A stretch of DNA of 64,000 nt from an uncultured Opitutaceae bacterium (GCA_937983335.1 CALKAB010000016.1:1106-65105); one strand, 5' to 3'; shown: positions 1-11,500, counted from the first letter of the stretch. Numbers and translations: made by a program. Notes: generated by a model from the sequence alone, not told the origin.

Positions 1-161
1 AGGGCCGCCAGGCGGTCGCGGGGAAGCGTGAGCCGGGGGAGATCGTGGGGAAGCATCGCAAACTGCGCGTCGAGGAGCCGGATGGCTTTCGTCACGGCGG
101 CGCGGTCGAGCCGGAGCCGGGGGTGGCGGTTGGCGATGACCAAGGAGCGGAGGCGGCTCAT
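1..161 (-). CDS. ybeY: YbeY-like rRNA maturation RNase, N-terminal fragment (gene continues beyond window start)
   Basis: Not in the ORF track because it is truncated. Hand translation from the ATG at 161 downward gives MSRLRSLVIANRHPRLRLDRAAVTKAIRLLDAQFAML..., open to position 1. The ATG overlaps the TGA of the upstream gene (ATGA at 158-161). phoH / 7TM-HD / ybeY is a common conserved gene order. The catalytic His motif would lie outside the window. Confidence 0.4.
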   Translation of the reverse strand, partial: MSRLRSLVIANRHPRLRLDRAAVTKAIRLLDAQFAMLPHDLPRLTLPRDRLAA

Positions 162-2434
162 GGTCCGGCCCCGGGTTTGGGTTCGGCGGTGGGATAATCC
201 ACGCGCGCATGGAGCATGTTGATCAGGGTGTGGGCGAAGCTGCGCTTGAGCGTGGCGATTTCGCCCATGGTCAACGGGGCCTCGTCGAGCTGGCCGTCGG
301 CGAGGCGGTCGCGGATGATGCCGGCGATCAGGTCGTCGAGGTGATGGGGGGTGATCTTGCGAAGCGTGCGCGAGGCGGCCTCGATGCCGTCGGCCAGCGA
401 GATCACGGCGCTCTCGCGAAACTGCGGGCGCGGTCCGTCGTAGCGGTAGGTCGTTTCCTCGACGGCAGGGGTGGCGGGGTCCGGCGCCGATTGGCGGGCG
501 CGATGGTAGAAATAGCTGATCAGCGAGGTGCCGTGATGCTGCTGGATGACATCGATCACGGCGCGGGGCAGCCGGTGCTGGCGGGCGAGGTCCACGCCCT
601 CCTTCACGTGGCTTTTGAGGACGAGCGCGGAGAGCGAGGGATTGCTGGCGTCGTGCGGATTGATGCCGTCGCGCTGATTTTCGATGAAATACCCGGGCTT
701 GTGGGTTTTGCCGATGTCGTGAAACAGGGCGCAGACGCGGGCGAGCAGGGGATTGGCACCGATGGCGTTGCAGGCGTTTTCGGCAAGCTGCGCGACGATG
801 AGCGAGTGGTGGTAGGTGCCGGGCGCGACCAACTGCATGCGGCGCAGGAGCGGGTGGTTGTAATCCGTGAGCTCGAGCAGCGTGATGTCGGTCGTGCGCT
901 TGAACAGCGCCTCGAGCACGGGCAGGAGGCCGACGACCACGACGCCGGTGACAATGCCGGAGATGATACCGGCGCCCATCTGACGCAGGAGAATGGCGGC
1001 GGGCGCCTGGTCGGCGAGGCCGACGAGCAGGGCAAACGCCGCGACCGTGAGGCCCCCGTAACCGGCGGCCCGCACGACCCGGCTGCGCTGGCGCACATCG
1101 CGCCCGGCGAAGATCGCGACCAGCGAGGCGAGGAAGGTGATCACGATCACGTCGAGCCGGTTGCCGTAGATGACGCCGGTGAAGATGGAGATCAGGAGCG
1201 CCATGAAGATGCCGGAACCGGCGTCGATGAGGATGGCGACGATCAGCGGGGCGAGGGCGGAAGGCGCCACATAGGGCAGCACGGAGGCCCAGGTGGAATC
1301 GTGGACGAAGAAATCCGTGGCCCCGAGGGAGTAAACCGCGCGGACCAGCGCGAGGTTGAGGATGACCACGAGAGCGAGCAGGCCCAGCCGGCTGTTGCTC
1401 TGGAAAGTCTCCCGGTCCTCGAGCCGCACGTAGAAGACGCTGGCGAGCACCATGGCCAGCACGAGCAGGATGCGGCCGAAGAGCTGGAGGTCCTCGCCTT
1501 GCCGGCCGCCGGCATCCTCGCGCAAAAACCGGCGGTGGGCCGTGAGCATCTCGAACTGCTCGGCGGTCACGCGGGTGCCGGGTTCGATGATGGGCTGACC
1601 GCGGAGCACGTTCGCCACCACCGGGGGCACCGTCTGGGTGACCCGGGCGACGCTGGCCTGGGTGGCTTCGCGGTCGAAGACCAGATTGGGCCGGAGGCCG
1701 TGGCGCAGCACACGGAAGACGGCCAGCGAAATCTCCCGTGAGATGTTTTCCGCGGCGAGGTTTACCCGGAGATAAGTGAGCGCGTCCTCCAGGGACTGCA
1801 CCGGGCGGGAGGCCACCGCACCGTCGGCCCGCAGGATGCGGGAGACGGCCCCGGCCTCCAGGCCGCTGTAGCCGTTGTCGTGGATGCCTTCGCGGTAAAC
1901 CTCATCCATGATGTCCAGCCCGGCGGCGAAGACATCGGCCCGGACTTCAGGCGACAGGCTGTCGCGCAGGATCCGCAGGTCATCGGCGTTTACGCGGTAA
2001 GGGCCGCGGGCGTTGAAGTCGTCGGCCAGGGATTCCAGCGTCGCGGACTGGTTGGATTTCGGTGCGGCGAGGGCGTCGGCGAGTTCCTCCAGAGCGGCGC
2101 GGAAACGGTGCAGCGGCTCGAGATCAAGGCGATAGATGGGCGGGAGCCGTTCGGCGATCTGGGCGCGGGCCAGCCGGGTTTTCTCCGCACTTTCGTAGCT
2201 GAATGAAGCCTGGGCGACGATGCGGGTGGTCGCGATCTGGTTGGGCAGAACCGGCAGATGGTCGGTGGTGATCCCGGCGGAGCTCACGAACACGATGGCG
2301 GCGACCGTGGTGATGAAGATGAAAGCGGTGATGATCCGGCTGCGCTCGATGAAGTCCAGCAGGGCCGACGGCTCGGCGCCGCGCCGGATGCGGGGGCGCG
2401 AGAGAAACGAGAGGAGCCGCTGAATGAACGCCAT
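158..2434 (-). CDS. 7TM-HD membrane-associated HD-superfamily phosphohydrolase (PgpH/YqfF family)
   Basis: 758-aa ORF. Large N-terminal region, then a block of about 7 hydrophobic helices (aa ~330-520), then a C-terminal HD domain with the LFHDIGK and QQHHGT motifs. Lies between phoH and the ybeY-like gene. Confidence 0.8.
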   Translation of the reverse strand: MAFIQRLLSFLSRPRIRRGAEPSALLDFIERSRIITAFIFITTVAAIVFVSSAGITTDHLPVLPNQIATTRIVAQASFSYESAEKTRLARAQIAERLPPIYRLDLEPLHRFRAALEELADALAAPKSNQSATLESLADDFNARGPYRVNADDLRILRDSLSPEVRADVFAAGLDIMDEVYREGIHDNGYSGLEAGAVSRILRADGAVASRPVQSLEDALTYLRVNLAAENISREISLAVFRVLRHGLRPNLVFDREATQASVARVTQTVPPVVANVLRGQPIIEPGTRVTAEQFEMLTAHRRFLREDAGGRQGEDLQLFGRILLVLAMVLASVFYVRLEDRETFQSNSRLGLLALVVILNLALVRAVYSLGATDFFVHDSTWASVLPYVAPSALAPLIVAILIDAGSGIFMALLISIFTGVIYGNRLDVIVITFLASLVAIFAGRDVRQRSRVVRAAGYGGLTVAAFALLVGLADQAPAAILLRQMGAGIISGIVTGVVVVGLLPVLEALFKRTTDITLLELTDYNHPLLRRMQLVAPGTYHHSLIVAQLAENACNAIGANPLLARVCALFHDIGKTHKPGYFIENQRDGINPHDASNPSLSALVLKSHVKEGVDLARQHRLPRAVIDVIQQHHGTSLISYFYHRARQSAPDPATPAVEETTYRYDGPRPQFRESAVISLADGIEAASRTLRKITPHHLDDLIAGIIRDRLADGQLDEAPLTMGEIATLKRSFAHTLINMLHARVDYPTAEPKPGAGP

Positions 2435-2448
2435 GCCGGGAACAGGGG

Positions 2449-3435
<987 letters not shown>

Positions 3436-3506
3436 GGGCTGAAGAGCTGAAGGATTGAAAGCTGGGCTCGGTTGCGGTGCTGGTTTTGAGCGGGGCGGGA
3501 CGGACT

Positions 3507-3998
3507 TCAGACCTTAAGCGTTTTCGCGGTCTGGGTGAGTTTTTCCCAGGTCGCGTCGAGGGACTGGGGCAACACACGGGTCTGGCCGAGCACGGGCATG
3601 AAGTTGGTGTCGCCGTTCCAGCGTGGCACGATGTGGGCGTGCAAGTGGGCGATGCTGCCGCCGGCGGCGGTGCCGAGGTTGAAGCCGACGTTGCAGCCAT
3701 CCGGCTTGAGGGCGGCGGTCAGCAGGCGCTTGGCGAAGACGATGGCTTCCATCAGGTCGGCGCGTTCATCGGCCCGCAGTTCCTCCAGTTCGGCGACTTC
3801 GCGGAAGGGGATGGCGAGCAGGTGGCCGGGGTTGTAGGGAAACCGGTTAAGGATCAGGTAAGAGAGTGCCTGGCGGTGAACGATCAAGGCGGTGCGGTCG
3901 TCACCCAGCGCGGGCAGCTCCGTAAACGGGCGCTTGGTATCAGGATAGCGGGGCGCCTCTATGTAGGCCATGCGCCAGTAAGCGTGCAGTTGCTCCAT
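3507..3998 (-). CDS. HIT family (histidine triad) nucleotide hydrolase/transferase
   Basis: 163-aa ORF with histidine triad AHLHAHIVPRW and an Ap4A-phosphorylase/GalT-like N-terminal segment (LILNRFPYNPGHLL). Confidence 0.8.
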   Translation of the reverse strand: MEQLHAYWRMAYIEAPRYPDTKRPFTELPALGDDRTALIVHRQALSYLILNRFPYNPGHLLAIPFREVAELEELRADERADLMEAIVFAKRLLTAALKPDGCNVGFNLGTAAGGSIAHLHAHIVPRWNGDTNFMPVLGQTRVLPQSLDATWEKLTQTAKTLKV

Positions 3999-4127
3999 CG
4001 TCGAAGGTGCGCAGCCAAACCCGCCCGACTGGCAAAGTCAAAGCCGGGCCAAGCGCCATTCTGTCGCAAAATCGGCCAATGAATCGCGCTTGCCGCTGCT
4101 TGCCGGCAGCTTCATCAAAACGCGCCT

Positions 4128-5465
4128 ATGTCCCCCGCCCATAACCGTCCGCCGGCCCAGCGCCGACGCGTTGTCATCACCGGCCTCGGCGCCGTCACCC
4201 CCGTGGGCAACACCGCCGCGGATACTTGGGCCGCGCTCACCGCGGGCCGGAGCGGCATCGCCCGGATCACGCGTTTTGATGCCGCGGCGTGCAATGTGCA
4301 GATCGCGGGCGAGGTGAAAAATTTTGAGCCGGCGCGGGCGCTGGCGGTTCCGCTGCACCCGCGGCGGCCCGGGGCCGATCCCTTGACCCACACCCTGATG
4401 CCGAAGGATGTGAAGAAGTTTGGCCGCTTCACGCACCTCGGGACGGCGGCGGCGATCGAGGCCTATGCCGATTCGGGGCTCGACGCGCACCGGGCCGCGC
4501 TGGATGCCAACCGCATGGGCGTGAACCTGGGCGTGGGCCTCGGCGGTCTGCCCGAGATGGAGGCGATGCACGACACGTGGAAGGCCGGCGGCTACCGCAA
4601 GATCTCGCCGTTCTTCATCATCCAGATCGCGCCCAACCTGCTGGCGGGCCAGGTGAGCCTCCAGCTCGATTTCCGCGGGCCCAACATGAGCGTGGCCTCG
4701 GCCTGTGCGACCAGCGGCCATGCGCTCGGCGAGGCGGCGGCGGCGATCGCCCGCGGCGATGCCGACGTGATGCTCGCCGGCGGCGCGGAGTCCACTGTCA
4801 CGCCGCTCGCCATCGGCGCCTTTGCGCAGATGCGCGCGCTTTCGCAGCGCAACGACTCGCCCGAGGCCGCCTCGCGGCCCTACGATGCGGACCGCGACGG
4901 CTTCGTGCTCGGCGAGGGCTCGGTGGTCTTTGTGCTCGAGGAACATGAGCAGGCGGTGAAGCGCGGGGCGCGGATTTACGCCGAGCTGTGCGGTTACGGG
5001 GCCTCGGCCGACGCCTACCACCTATCCTCCCTCGCGCCCGGCGCCGAGGGTTCCGCCCGGGCCATGCAGGCGGCGCTCGACCGCGCCGGCCTGAAGGCGA
5101 CCGACATTGATTACGTTTCGGCCCACGCCACCTCCACGCCCGGCGGTGATGGCGAGGAAGCGGCGGCGATTGCGACCGTCTTCGCCGACAACAAAGCTAA
5201 CTTGCACGTGAGCGGCGTGAAATCGATGACCGGCCATCTGCTGGGCGGTGCCGGCGCGATGGGCACCTTTGCCGCGGTGATGGCGATCCACGACGGCATT
5301 GTGCCGCCGACCATCAACCTCGCCAACGTCGATCCCGTGTGCGCGGCGACCGGACTGAACTTCACGCCCAACGTGGCGGTGAAAAAGCCCGTGCGCGCGG
5401 CGCTGGCCAACAGCTTCGGCTTCGGCGGCACCAACGCCTCGATCGTGGTGGCGAAGGTGGGCTAA
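4128..5465 (+). CDS. fabF: beta-ketoacyl-ACP synthase II
   Basis: 445 aa. Active-site Cys context [12 protein letters not shown], His motifs HATSTPGGD and GHLLGGAG, C-terminal [13 protein letters not shown]. Confidence 0.9.
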   Translation: MSPAHNRPPAQRRRVVITGLGAVTPVGNTAADTWAALTAGRSGIARITRFDAAACNVQIAGEVKNFEPARALAVPLHPRRPGADPLTHTLMPKDVKKFGRFTHLGTAAAIEAYADSGLDAHRAALDANRMGVNLGVGLGGLPEMEAMHDTWKAGGYRKISPFFIIQIAPNLLAGQVSLQLDFRGPNMSVASACATSGHALGEAAAAIARGDADVMLAGGAESTVTPLAIGAFAQMRALSQRNDSPEAASRPYDADRDGFVLGEGSVVFVLEEHEQAVKRGARIYAELCGYGASADAYHLSSLAPGAEGSARAMQAALDRAGLKATDIDYVSAHATSTPGGDGEEAAAIATVFADNKANLHVSGVKSMTGHLLGGAGAMGTFAAVMAIHDGIVPPTINLANVDPVCAATGLNFTPNVAVKKPVRAALANSFGFGGTNASIVVAKVG

Positions 5466-5704
5466 GATTGGACGGGGTCCGCCTGCTCCGCCGGAAACCG
5501 CGTCCGCACGTAGAGCTGTTCGACCTTGGCACGCGCCCAAGGCGTGCGGCGCAGGAACTTGAGGCTGGAGGACACACTGGGATCGTGGGTGAAGCAGCGG
5601 ATGGCGATGCGTTCACCCAGCTCGGCCCAGCCGTAGTGGCCGGCAAGCTTAGTCACGATGGTCTCCAGCGTGACACCGTGCAGGGGATCCTTTGCGGCGC
5701 TCAT
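5462..5704 (-). CDS. VF530/DUF2132 family small protein
   Basis: Internal ATG at 5704 of the 5462..6013 ORF gives 80 aa: [65 protein letters not shown], which matches the DUF2132 pattern. The ATG overlaps the stop of the upstream methyltransferase (ATGA at 5701-5704). Its stop overlaps the fabF stop. Confidence 0.7.
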   Translation of the reverse strand: MSAAKDPLHGVTLETIVTKLAGHYGWAELGERIAIRCFTHDPSVSSSLKFLRRTPWARAKVEQLYVRTRFPAEQADPVQS

Positions 5705-6249
5705 GACTTCTCGAAAACGAAAAGATGATTGAGTCCCATTTGGAAGGAGCCGCGATGGTGCAGGCGGAACTCGGGAGCGGCGAAGAGTTTCAGGGTGTCG
5801 CCGGGCTTGAAGCCGTAATGCTGCTCCAGCGACATGCCGTCGATCAACCGGCAGAAGCGCAGCGCGGAGAGGATGATATCCACGGTCGGGCTCGGCACGG
5901 TGATGATAACGCGCCCACCGGGTTTGAGCAGTTGCGCGCAGGCCGCGGCGATCTCGCGTTGGGCCGGTGGCGGGATGTGCTCCAGCACAGCCAGCATGGT
6001 AACTGCATCCCAACCGCCGGCAGCGGGGCGGACGGCCGGGAAGAGGCCCGGGTGAAGCTCATGACGGGCGGTGCGCAGCGGCGTTTCCAAAAGCGGTTCG
6101 ATGCCGAATCCAGCCACGAGGCGGTTGCCCAAAAAATCAAACAGTTCGCCTTGGTGGGCGCCGATGTCGATCACCCGTGCTGCAGGTGGAATAAATTTGG
6201 CGGCTTGGCGGATCCGCCAACGCTGGATGAAGCGGTCGAGTCTGGTCAC
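5701..6249 (-). CDS. class I SAM-dependent methyltransferase
   Basis: Frame of ORF 5701..6309. SAM-binding motif [10 protein letters not shown], followed by [12 protein letters not shown] and [13 protein letters not shown]. The track start at 6309 is GTG and would overlap the upstream gene by 64 nt. I prefer the in-frame GTG at 6249, which forms a GTGA overlap with the propeller gene stop. Start is uncertain (6249 or 6309). Confidence 0.65.
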   Translation of the reverse strand: MTRLDRFIQRWRIRQAAKFIPPAARVIDIGAHQGELFDFLGNRLVAGFGIEPLLETPLRTARHELHPGLFPAVRPAAGGWDAVTMLAVLEHIPPPAQREIAAACAQLLKPGGRVIITVPSPTVDIILSALRFCRLIDGMSLEQHYGFKPGDTLKLFAAPEFRLHHRGSFQMGLNHLFVFEKS

Positions 6250-8219
6250 GGCAGGGTCAGGGAACGCAGCCGCCAGGCGCTGCCAAAGTAAAAGGTGCGG
6301 CCGATCCACGGGCCGGGTGCCTCGAAGCCGTCGCCCTCGGCGAGGCGGTGCACGATCTCGGTTTCGCAGGTGCCGGGTTTGATCCGGTAGAGCACGTGCT
6401 CGGTGAGGCCGTAGGCCGTATCGGGTCCGGTAAACACGCAGTGCTGGGCCTGGTCCGGCATGATGCCGTAATCCTCCGGCAGGGTGGACTCGGCGAGGGC
6501 CCGGCGCGCGGCGACATCAATCAGCGCGATGCGCGGCCGGATGTGCTCTGCGCCCATGGTCTTGGCGGCAAACCGCGAGTGGCTGAGCTGCGCATAGACG
6601 CGACCGGGTCCGGCAGGAGCGAGGGCCTGGATGCTCGGCAGGTCAGCGAGACCGAAATCGCCGGTGTAAACCGCGCGGTCCTCCACCGGGTCCCACAGCA
6701 CAAACGCGCCGTGCTTGGCCTTGATCTGCGTGCCGGTGCCGCCCTCGGTGCTGAGGCCGACGAGCAGCAGCCGCAGCTCCGGCAGCCAGAGCAGCGAGAA
6801 TGGCGAGCAGTCCGGCACGAGGTGGCGGTGACTGGCGTGCGCGCCGGTCTTCGGGTCGAGCCAGGCCAGCGTGCCGCCCCAGAGGCCGTAGTCGGGCAGC
6901 GAGGCGATCCACATTTTCTCGGGCACGACGGTGCCGTCGGATTTTTTTAGCGGCGGGACGATCGCCATGCCGGCGGGGCGGATGCCGATCTGGTCGAGCC
7001 GGCCGATGTCGCGTGGGTTGGCGCCCTCGTCCGTGCCGTAGCGGTAGGGCCGGCGCGGGTCGTAGAGCGAGATGCGCGAGTGCGGGTAGGAGGCGATGGC
7101 CATCGTGCCGTCGCTGAAGTTGCCCATCGTGTAGGCCTCGCCCAGCGAGACGCTGCACCGGCCGAGATTGACCATTTCTCCGGTGGCCGGGTTGTAGCGC
7201 AGAAGATGCTCCGGCAGGAAACTCGAGCCGTAGATACAGCCGTCGGGGCCGCGATGGAGCATGAAGATGTTCGAGCCGCCGCCTTCCCAATCAAGGTCGA
7301 GCGTGCGTGGGGCGACGTCGGGCTGGGTGCTGGTGATACGCAGTTGCCGGAAAAGCCCGGCGCCTTCCTCGCCATCGGTCCACGCGGCGATGAGTCCGCC
7401 GGGCATCGGCAGCACTTCCTGGTAGCCGTGTTTGTAGGTGGCGTGGATGCCGGGCATCGCCGGCGGCAAAAAGGAGACGGGCTCCAGCTCCAGCCCGCGC
7501 AGGCGGAAATTACCCTCGTGGGATTCGAGGTAGAGCCGGCCGTCGAGGCCCTTGTAGAAGAGCAGGCGCTGGGCCTTTTCCTCGGGATTGGTGATGCGCG
7601 GGCCGACGGCCTGGAATTTGCCGGTCGTGGAGTCCACGGCGACGAGGTGGGGCTGCACCATCTTGACCATGGCGGCGAGGCTGCCGTCGTTACCGGCGAG
7701 CGGATAGAGGTATTTGTCCACGGGATCGACACTGCCGAGCCGGCGAAATTCACCCGTGGCGGGATCGTAACGCGTGAGGCCGCAGCCGGGATAGGCGCCG
7801 ATCCAGAGGCCGCCGTCGGCCGCTTCGGTGATGCCGGTGGGGAAGATCGCCTGGTCGCCGTCGATCGCGCCGAGGTCTTCCAGCCCGCGTTCGGGATGGG
7901 CGGGATCGTAGCGAAGCAGGTGACCGTCGGTGTGCGCGCCGATGTAGAGGATGCCGGTGGCCGGGCTGCGGAAGGAGGCGGTGGGATACTGCTGTGACTT
8001 TGAGGGGGCGTTGTATTGGCGGCACTTTCCGGTCGTCAGGTTGATGTCGAGAACGAAGAGCCCGCCGTTGTTCTGGCCCATCGAGGCGAGGAGCGAAGGG
8101 CCGCCGTCGGGTCCGCGCCCCGGGTGCAGGCGCACCCAATTGACGGCTTTGACCGGAATGCCGATTTCACGGAGGACAGGGGAGGAAGCGGAGGACATAG
8201 GGGATGCGGGAGGCACCAT
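6246..8219 (-). CDS. hypothetical cytoplasmic beta-propeller repeat protein (paralogue 1)
   Basis: 657 aa, ATG start, no signal peptide. Recurrent blade-like motifs (GGLFVLD, GILYIGAHTDGHLLRYDP, GGLWIGAYPGCGLTRYDPATGEF, IYGSSFLPEHLLRYNPATGEM) resemble Reg_prop/NHL-type propeller blades. Colinear paralogue of 12367..14361 (about half the residues identical by eye). Confidence 0.6.
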   Translation of the reverse strand: MVPPASPMSSASSPVLREIGIPVKAVNWVRLHPGRGPDGGPSLLASMGQNNGGLFVLDINLTTGKCRQYNAPSKSQQYPTASFRSPATGILYIGAHTDGHLLRYDPAHPERGLEDLGAIDGDQAIFPTGITEAADGGLWIGAYPGCGLTRYDPATGEFRRLGSVDPVDKYLYPLAGNDGSLAAMVKMVQPHLVAVDSTTGKFQAVGPRITNPEEKAQRLLFYKGLDGRLYLESHEGNFRLRGLELEPVSFLPPAMPGIHATYKHGYQEVLPMPGGLIAAWTDGEEGAGLFRQLRITSTQPDVAPRTLDLDWEGGGSNIFMLHRGPDGCIYGSSFLPEHLLRYNPATGEMVNLGRCSVSLGEAYTMGNFSDGTMAIASYPHSRISLYDPRRPYRYGTDEGANPRDIGRLDQIGIRPAGMAIVPPLKKSDGTVVPEKMWIASLPDYGLWGGTLAWLDPKTGAHASHRHLVPDCSPFSLLWLPELRLLLVGLSTEGGTGTQIKAKHGAFVLWDPVEDRAVYTGDFGLADLPSIQALAPAGPGRVYAQLSHSRFAAKTMGAEHIRPRIALIDVAARRALAESTLPEDYGIMPDQAQHCVFTGPDTAYGLTEHVLYRIKPGTCETEIVHRLAEGDGFEAPGPWIGRTFYFGSAWRLRSLTLP

Positions 8220-8281
8220 GCAGATACGGTGCGGGAAGAAAATGCAGAACTCAGGATTTCAGAGAAAGACCATCAGACCTT

Positions 8282-8347
8282 TCCGCGGATAGCGCGGATA
8301 CCATGGATAGGGATTTGCAATCCGCGTCCATCTGCGTGATCCGCGGG
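8282..8347. repeat. CGCGGAT-word palindromic intergenic element
   Basis: Left arm TCCGCGGATAGCGCGGATA (8282-8300). Right arm ATCCGCGTCCATCTGCGTGATCCGCGGG (8320-8347). Arms are built from tandem ~9-nt words ending GGAT or AGAT. Confidence 0.8.
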
Positions 8348-8401
8348 AAAAATAGCCTTTCCGGTGGCATGGATTTTGCCCTGTATCGGGCTGATCCGCC
8401 C

Positions 8402-8517
8402 ATCGTTCTCTTTCTCATAATCGTTCTCGTTCTCCGGTCCGGTTCGGCCACCCTCCCCAAAAGCCACCTTCTCGGCCAAGCCAGGAGAACGATTAAGATT
8501 ACGAGCACGAGAACGAG
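8402..8517. repeat. CGTTCTC-word long imperfect palindrome upstream of kinase K1
   Basis: Left arm ATCGTTCTCTTTCTCATAATCGTTCTCGTTCTCC (8402-8435). Right arm GGAGAACGATTAAGATTACGAGCACGAGAACGAG (8484-8517). TAATCGTTCTC can pair with GAGAACGATTA. Confidence 0.75.
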
Positions 8518-8573
8518 TTCAGCCCTGATCCTCTCTCCCAATATCTAGCTACGATACCCATGGACGACCTCGA
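8476..8573 (+). promoter_or_regulatory. conserved kinase leader, copy 1 (84 nt upstream plus first 14 nt of CDS, identical to 29451-29548)
   Basis: Base-by-base comparison shows CCAAGCCAGGAGAACGATTAAGATTACGAGCACGAGAACGAGTTCAGCCCTGATCCTCTCTCCCAATATCTAGCTACGATACCC-ATGGACGACCTCGA in both loci. The flanking bases differ. Confidence 0.7.
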
Positions 8574-11500
8574 CCTCGGCGCAACCATCAAGGGCTTCAT
8601 CCCCGGCCAGAAGGTGTTTGGCCGTTACACGCTGGCGAAGATCCTGGGCCGGGGCGGGATGGGCGTCGTGTGGCTGGCGCGGGACGACAAGCTGGAGCGC
8701 GACATCGCGCTGAAGTTCCTGCCCGAGGTGGTCGCGGCCGACCCGCGGGCGGTGGACGAACTCAAGCGCGAGACCCGCCGTTCCCTGGAGCTCACGCACC
8801 CGCACATCGTGCGGATCTACGACTTTGTGGAGGATGCGCGCACCGCGGCGATCGCGATGGAATACATCCCGGGGGCGACCTTGGCGAAGCTGGCCCTGGA
8901 GCAGCCCGAGCGCGCCTTCGAGCCCGGGGCGCTGACGGCTTGGGTGAAACAACTCTGCGAGGCGCTCGACTACGCCCACCGCAAGGCAAAGGTCGTGCAC
9001 CGCGACCTCAAGCCGGCCAACCTCATGATCGACGGCGCCGGGGAGCTGAAGGTCGCCGACTTCGGCATCGCCGCCAGCGTGAGCGATTCGGTGTCGCGGG
9101 TCTCGCAGCAGGGCGGCACGAGCGGCACACCGGTTTACATGAGCCCGCAGCAGATGATGGGCGAGAAGCCGGCGGTGACCGACGACATCTACGCGCTCGG
9201 TGCGACGCTTTACGACCTGCTCACCGGCAAGCCGCCCTTCTACACGGGCAACATCATCCTGCAGGTGCAGAGCAAGGTGCCGCCGTCAGTCGCCGCGCGC
9301 CGGGTGGAGTTGGGCTTGACCGGCGAAGTGATCCCGCCGGAGTGGGAGGCAACGATTGCGGCGTGTCTGGCGAAGGAGGCCAAAGATCGGCCGCAGAGCG
9401 CAGGGGAAGTGCTGGAGCGGTTGAATTTTACCACAAAGAACGCAAAGAGCTCAAAGCCGGAGTCGGTAGGGCTGGATGCCAAGGTGGAGCGGCTGGTCCC
9501 TCAGCCGCTCGATTCAGAGGAAAAGAACGGCTCAGGGACGAGCCGTTCCACCTCCAAGTCACCTTTATATGCCGCGCTCGCCGCCGGGATCGTCGTGCTC
9601 GTGGCGGCCGGCTGGTATTTTGGCCTGCACGCGCCGGAGCAGCGGCGAATCGAGGCCGAGCGGCTGCGGGTGGAACAGGCGCGGATCGAGAACGAACGTC
9701 AGCAGGCCGAGGCCAATCGGATCGCGGCCGAGCGCGAAGCGGAGGCGCGGCGGATTGAGGCGGCCCGCGTTGCGGCGGAGCAGGAAGTAGAACGTCAGCG
9801 GCTCGCGGCAGTGCGTGGTGGCATCATCGTGCGGACGACCCCGGCCGGGGCGGAGGTGCGGGTGGGGGCGGTGGCCTTGGACAAGTCGCCGCTGACGCTG
9901 CGGGACCAGCGATTGGGCAAGTATCCGGTGCGGGTTCGCTTGGCGGGTTACGAGGATTGGGACGGCGAGGTTGAGGTGAAGGAGAACGAGTTTGCCGAGC
10001 TGAACGTGCCGCTGGTGCGCAGCACGGGCACCGTGACGCTGACCAGCGAGCCCGCCGGACTCGATTTTACCCTCAAGGGTGAGGTCACCCGCACCGGCCA
10101 CACGCCCGCCGAGCTCAATTTGCCGACCGGTCGCTACGACATCACCTTTAGCCGCCCCGGTTGGCCGGAGCAGGTGCGGAGCGTGGAGGTGAGGCGCAAT
10201 GAACCGGTGCAGGCGGCTGGAGACTTTGCGGGCGGGTCGATCGAGCTGACGTCCACGCCCAGCGGAGCCGAGGTGTGGTCAGGAGGCCGGCAGGTGGGGA
10301 CGACGCCCTACCGGGTTCCAGAGGCTCTCCCGGGCCGCTACAACTATGAGCTGCGATTGGCGCGGCACCGACCGGCGGCGGCAGCGCTCACCGTAGAAGC
10401 GCGGCGAACGGCTCGTGAAGATGTCCTGCTGAGCGCAAATCCGCTCTGGGTGGCGAGTAAAGATGCGCCCTATGCAAACTCTCTCGGCATGAAGTTTGTG
10501 CCGGTGCCGGGGACTAACGTGCTTTTTTCGATTTGGGAGACGCGCGAGCAGGATTACGCAGCGTTTGTGCGGGCGACGGGTCGTTCTTGGCGCAATGCCA
10601 GCTCCGGGGCGCTACACCCGGCGGTAAACGTGACGTGGGAGGATGCGGTGGCCTTCTGCCGGTGGCTGACACAGGAAGAGCGTCAGTCCGGCCGTTTGGG
10701 GCCGCAAGAAAGCTACCGGCTGCCGACCGATGCGGAGTGGAGCGCCGCGGTGGGCTTGAGTGATGAGCCCGGCCGCACTCCGGAGGAGAAAAACGAGAAA
10801 GTAAAAAATTTCTACCCATGGGGAGATCAATGGCCGCCACCGGGCGGTGCGGGCAACTATGCGAGCCGTTTGGCCGTGGACTCGTTCAACGGCACTTCGC
10901 CGGTGGGTTCGTTCGCGGCCAACGCTCACGGACTGCATGATCTGGGCGGCAACGCATGGGAGTGGATGCAGGATGAGTGGCGACCGGGCGTTGACTCCGT
11001 GCGCGTGCTACGCGGGGCATCGTTTGGCGACGATGCCCAACGGAACCTGCTGGCGTCCAGGCGCGCGGAATTCGCACGCAGCAACGTTTACCCTTATGCC
11101 GGTTTCCGGGTCGTTCTGGAGCCGATGCTTATCTACCGTTCGCCCGACCTGCAGATCCTCGGTGCGCAGGCGGTGGATGGCCAGGGCAATACGATCATCA
11201 CGCCGGGCACGCAGGCCAAGGTGACGGTGCGCATCCACAACCGCGGCGACGGCAAGGCCGAGGACGTGGTCGTCACGCTGGTGCGCGGCGAAAACGTGTT
11301 CTTCATCGAGGATTTTTCGAAGACTACGCTGACGCGTTCGCTCGGAACGCTGAGCGCGGGCGAGCACCGCGACGTCGAGGTCGAGGTGCTGCCGAATAAC
11401 CGTGCGACGGCCTTCGCACTGACGGCGTCAGTGACCGAGGCGTCGGGCCGCTACAGCGCGCCTGCGCGCGATCTGGGGCTCGTGTTGAACCGCGCCTCGC

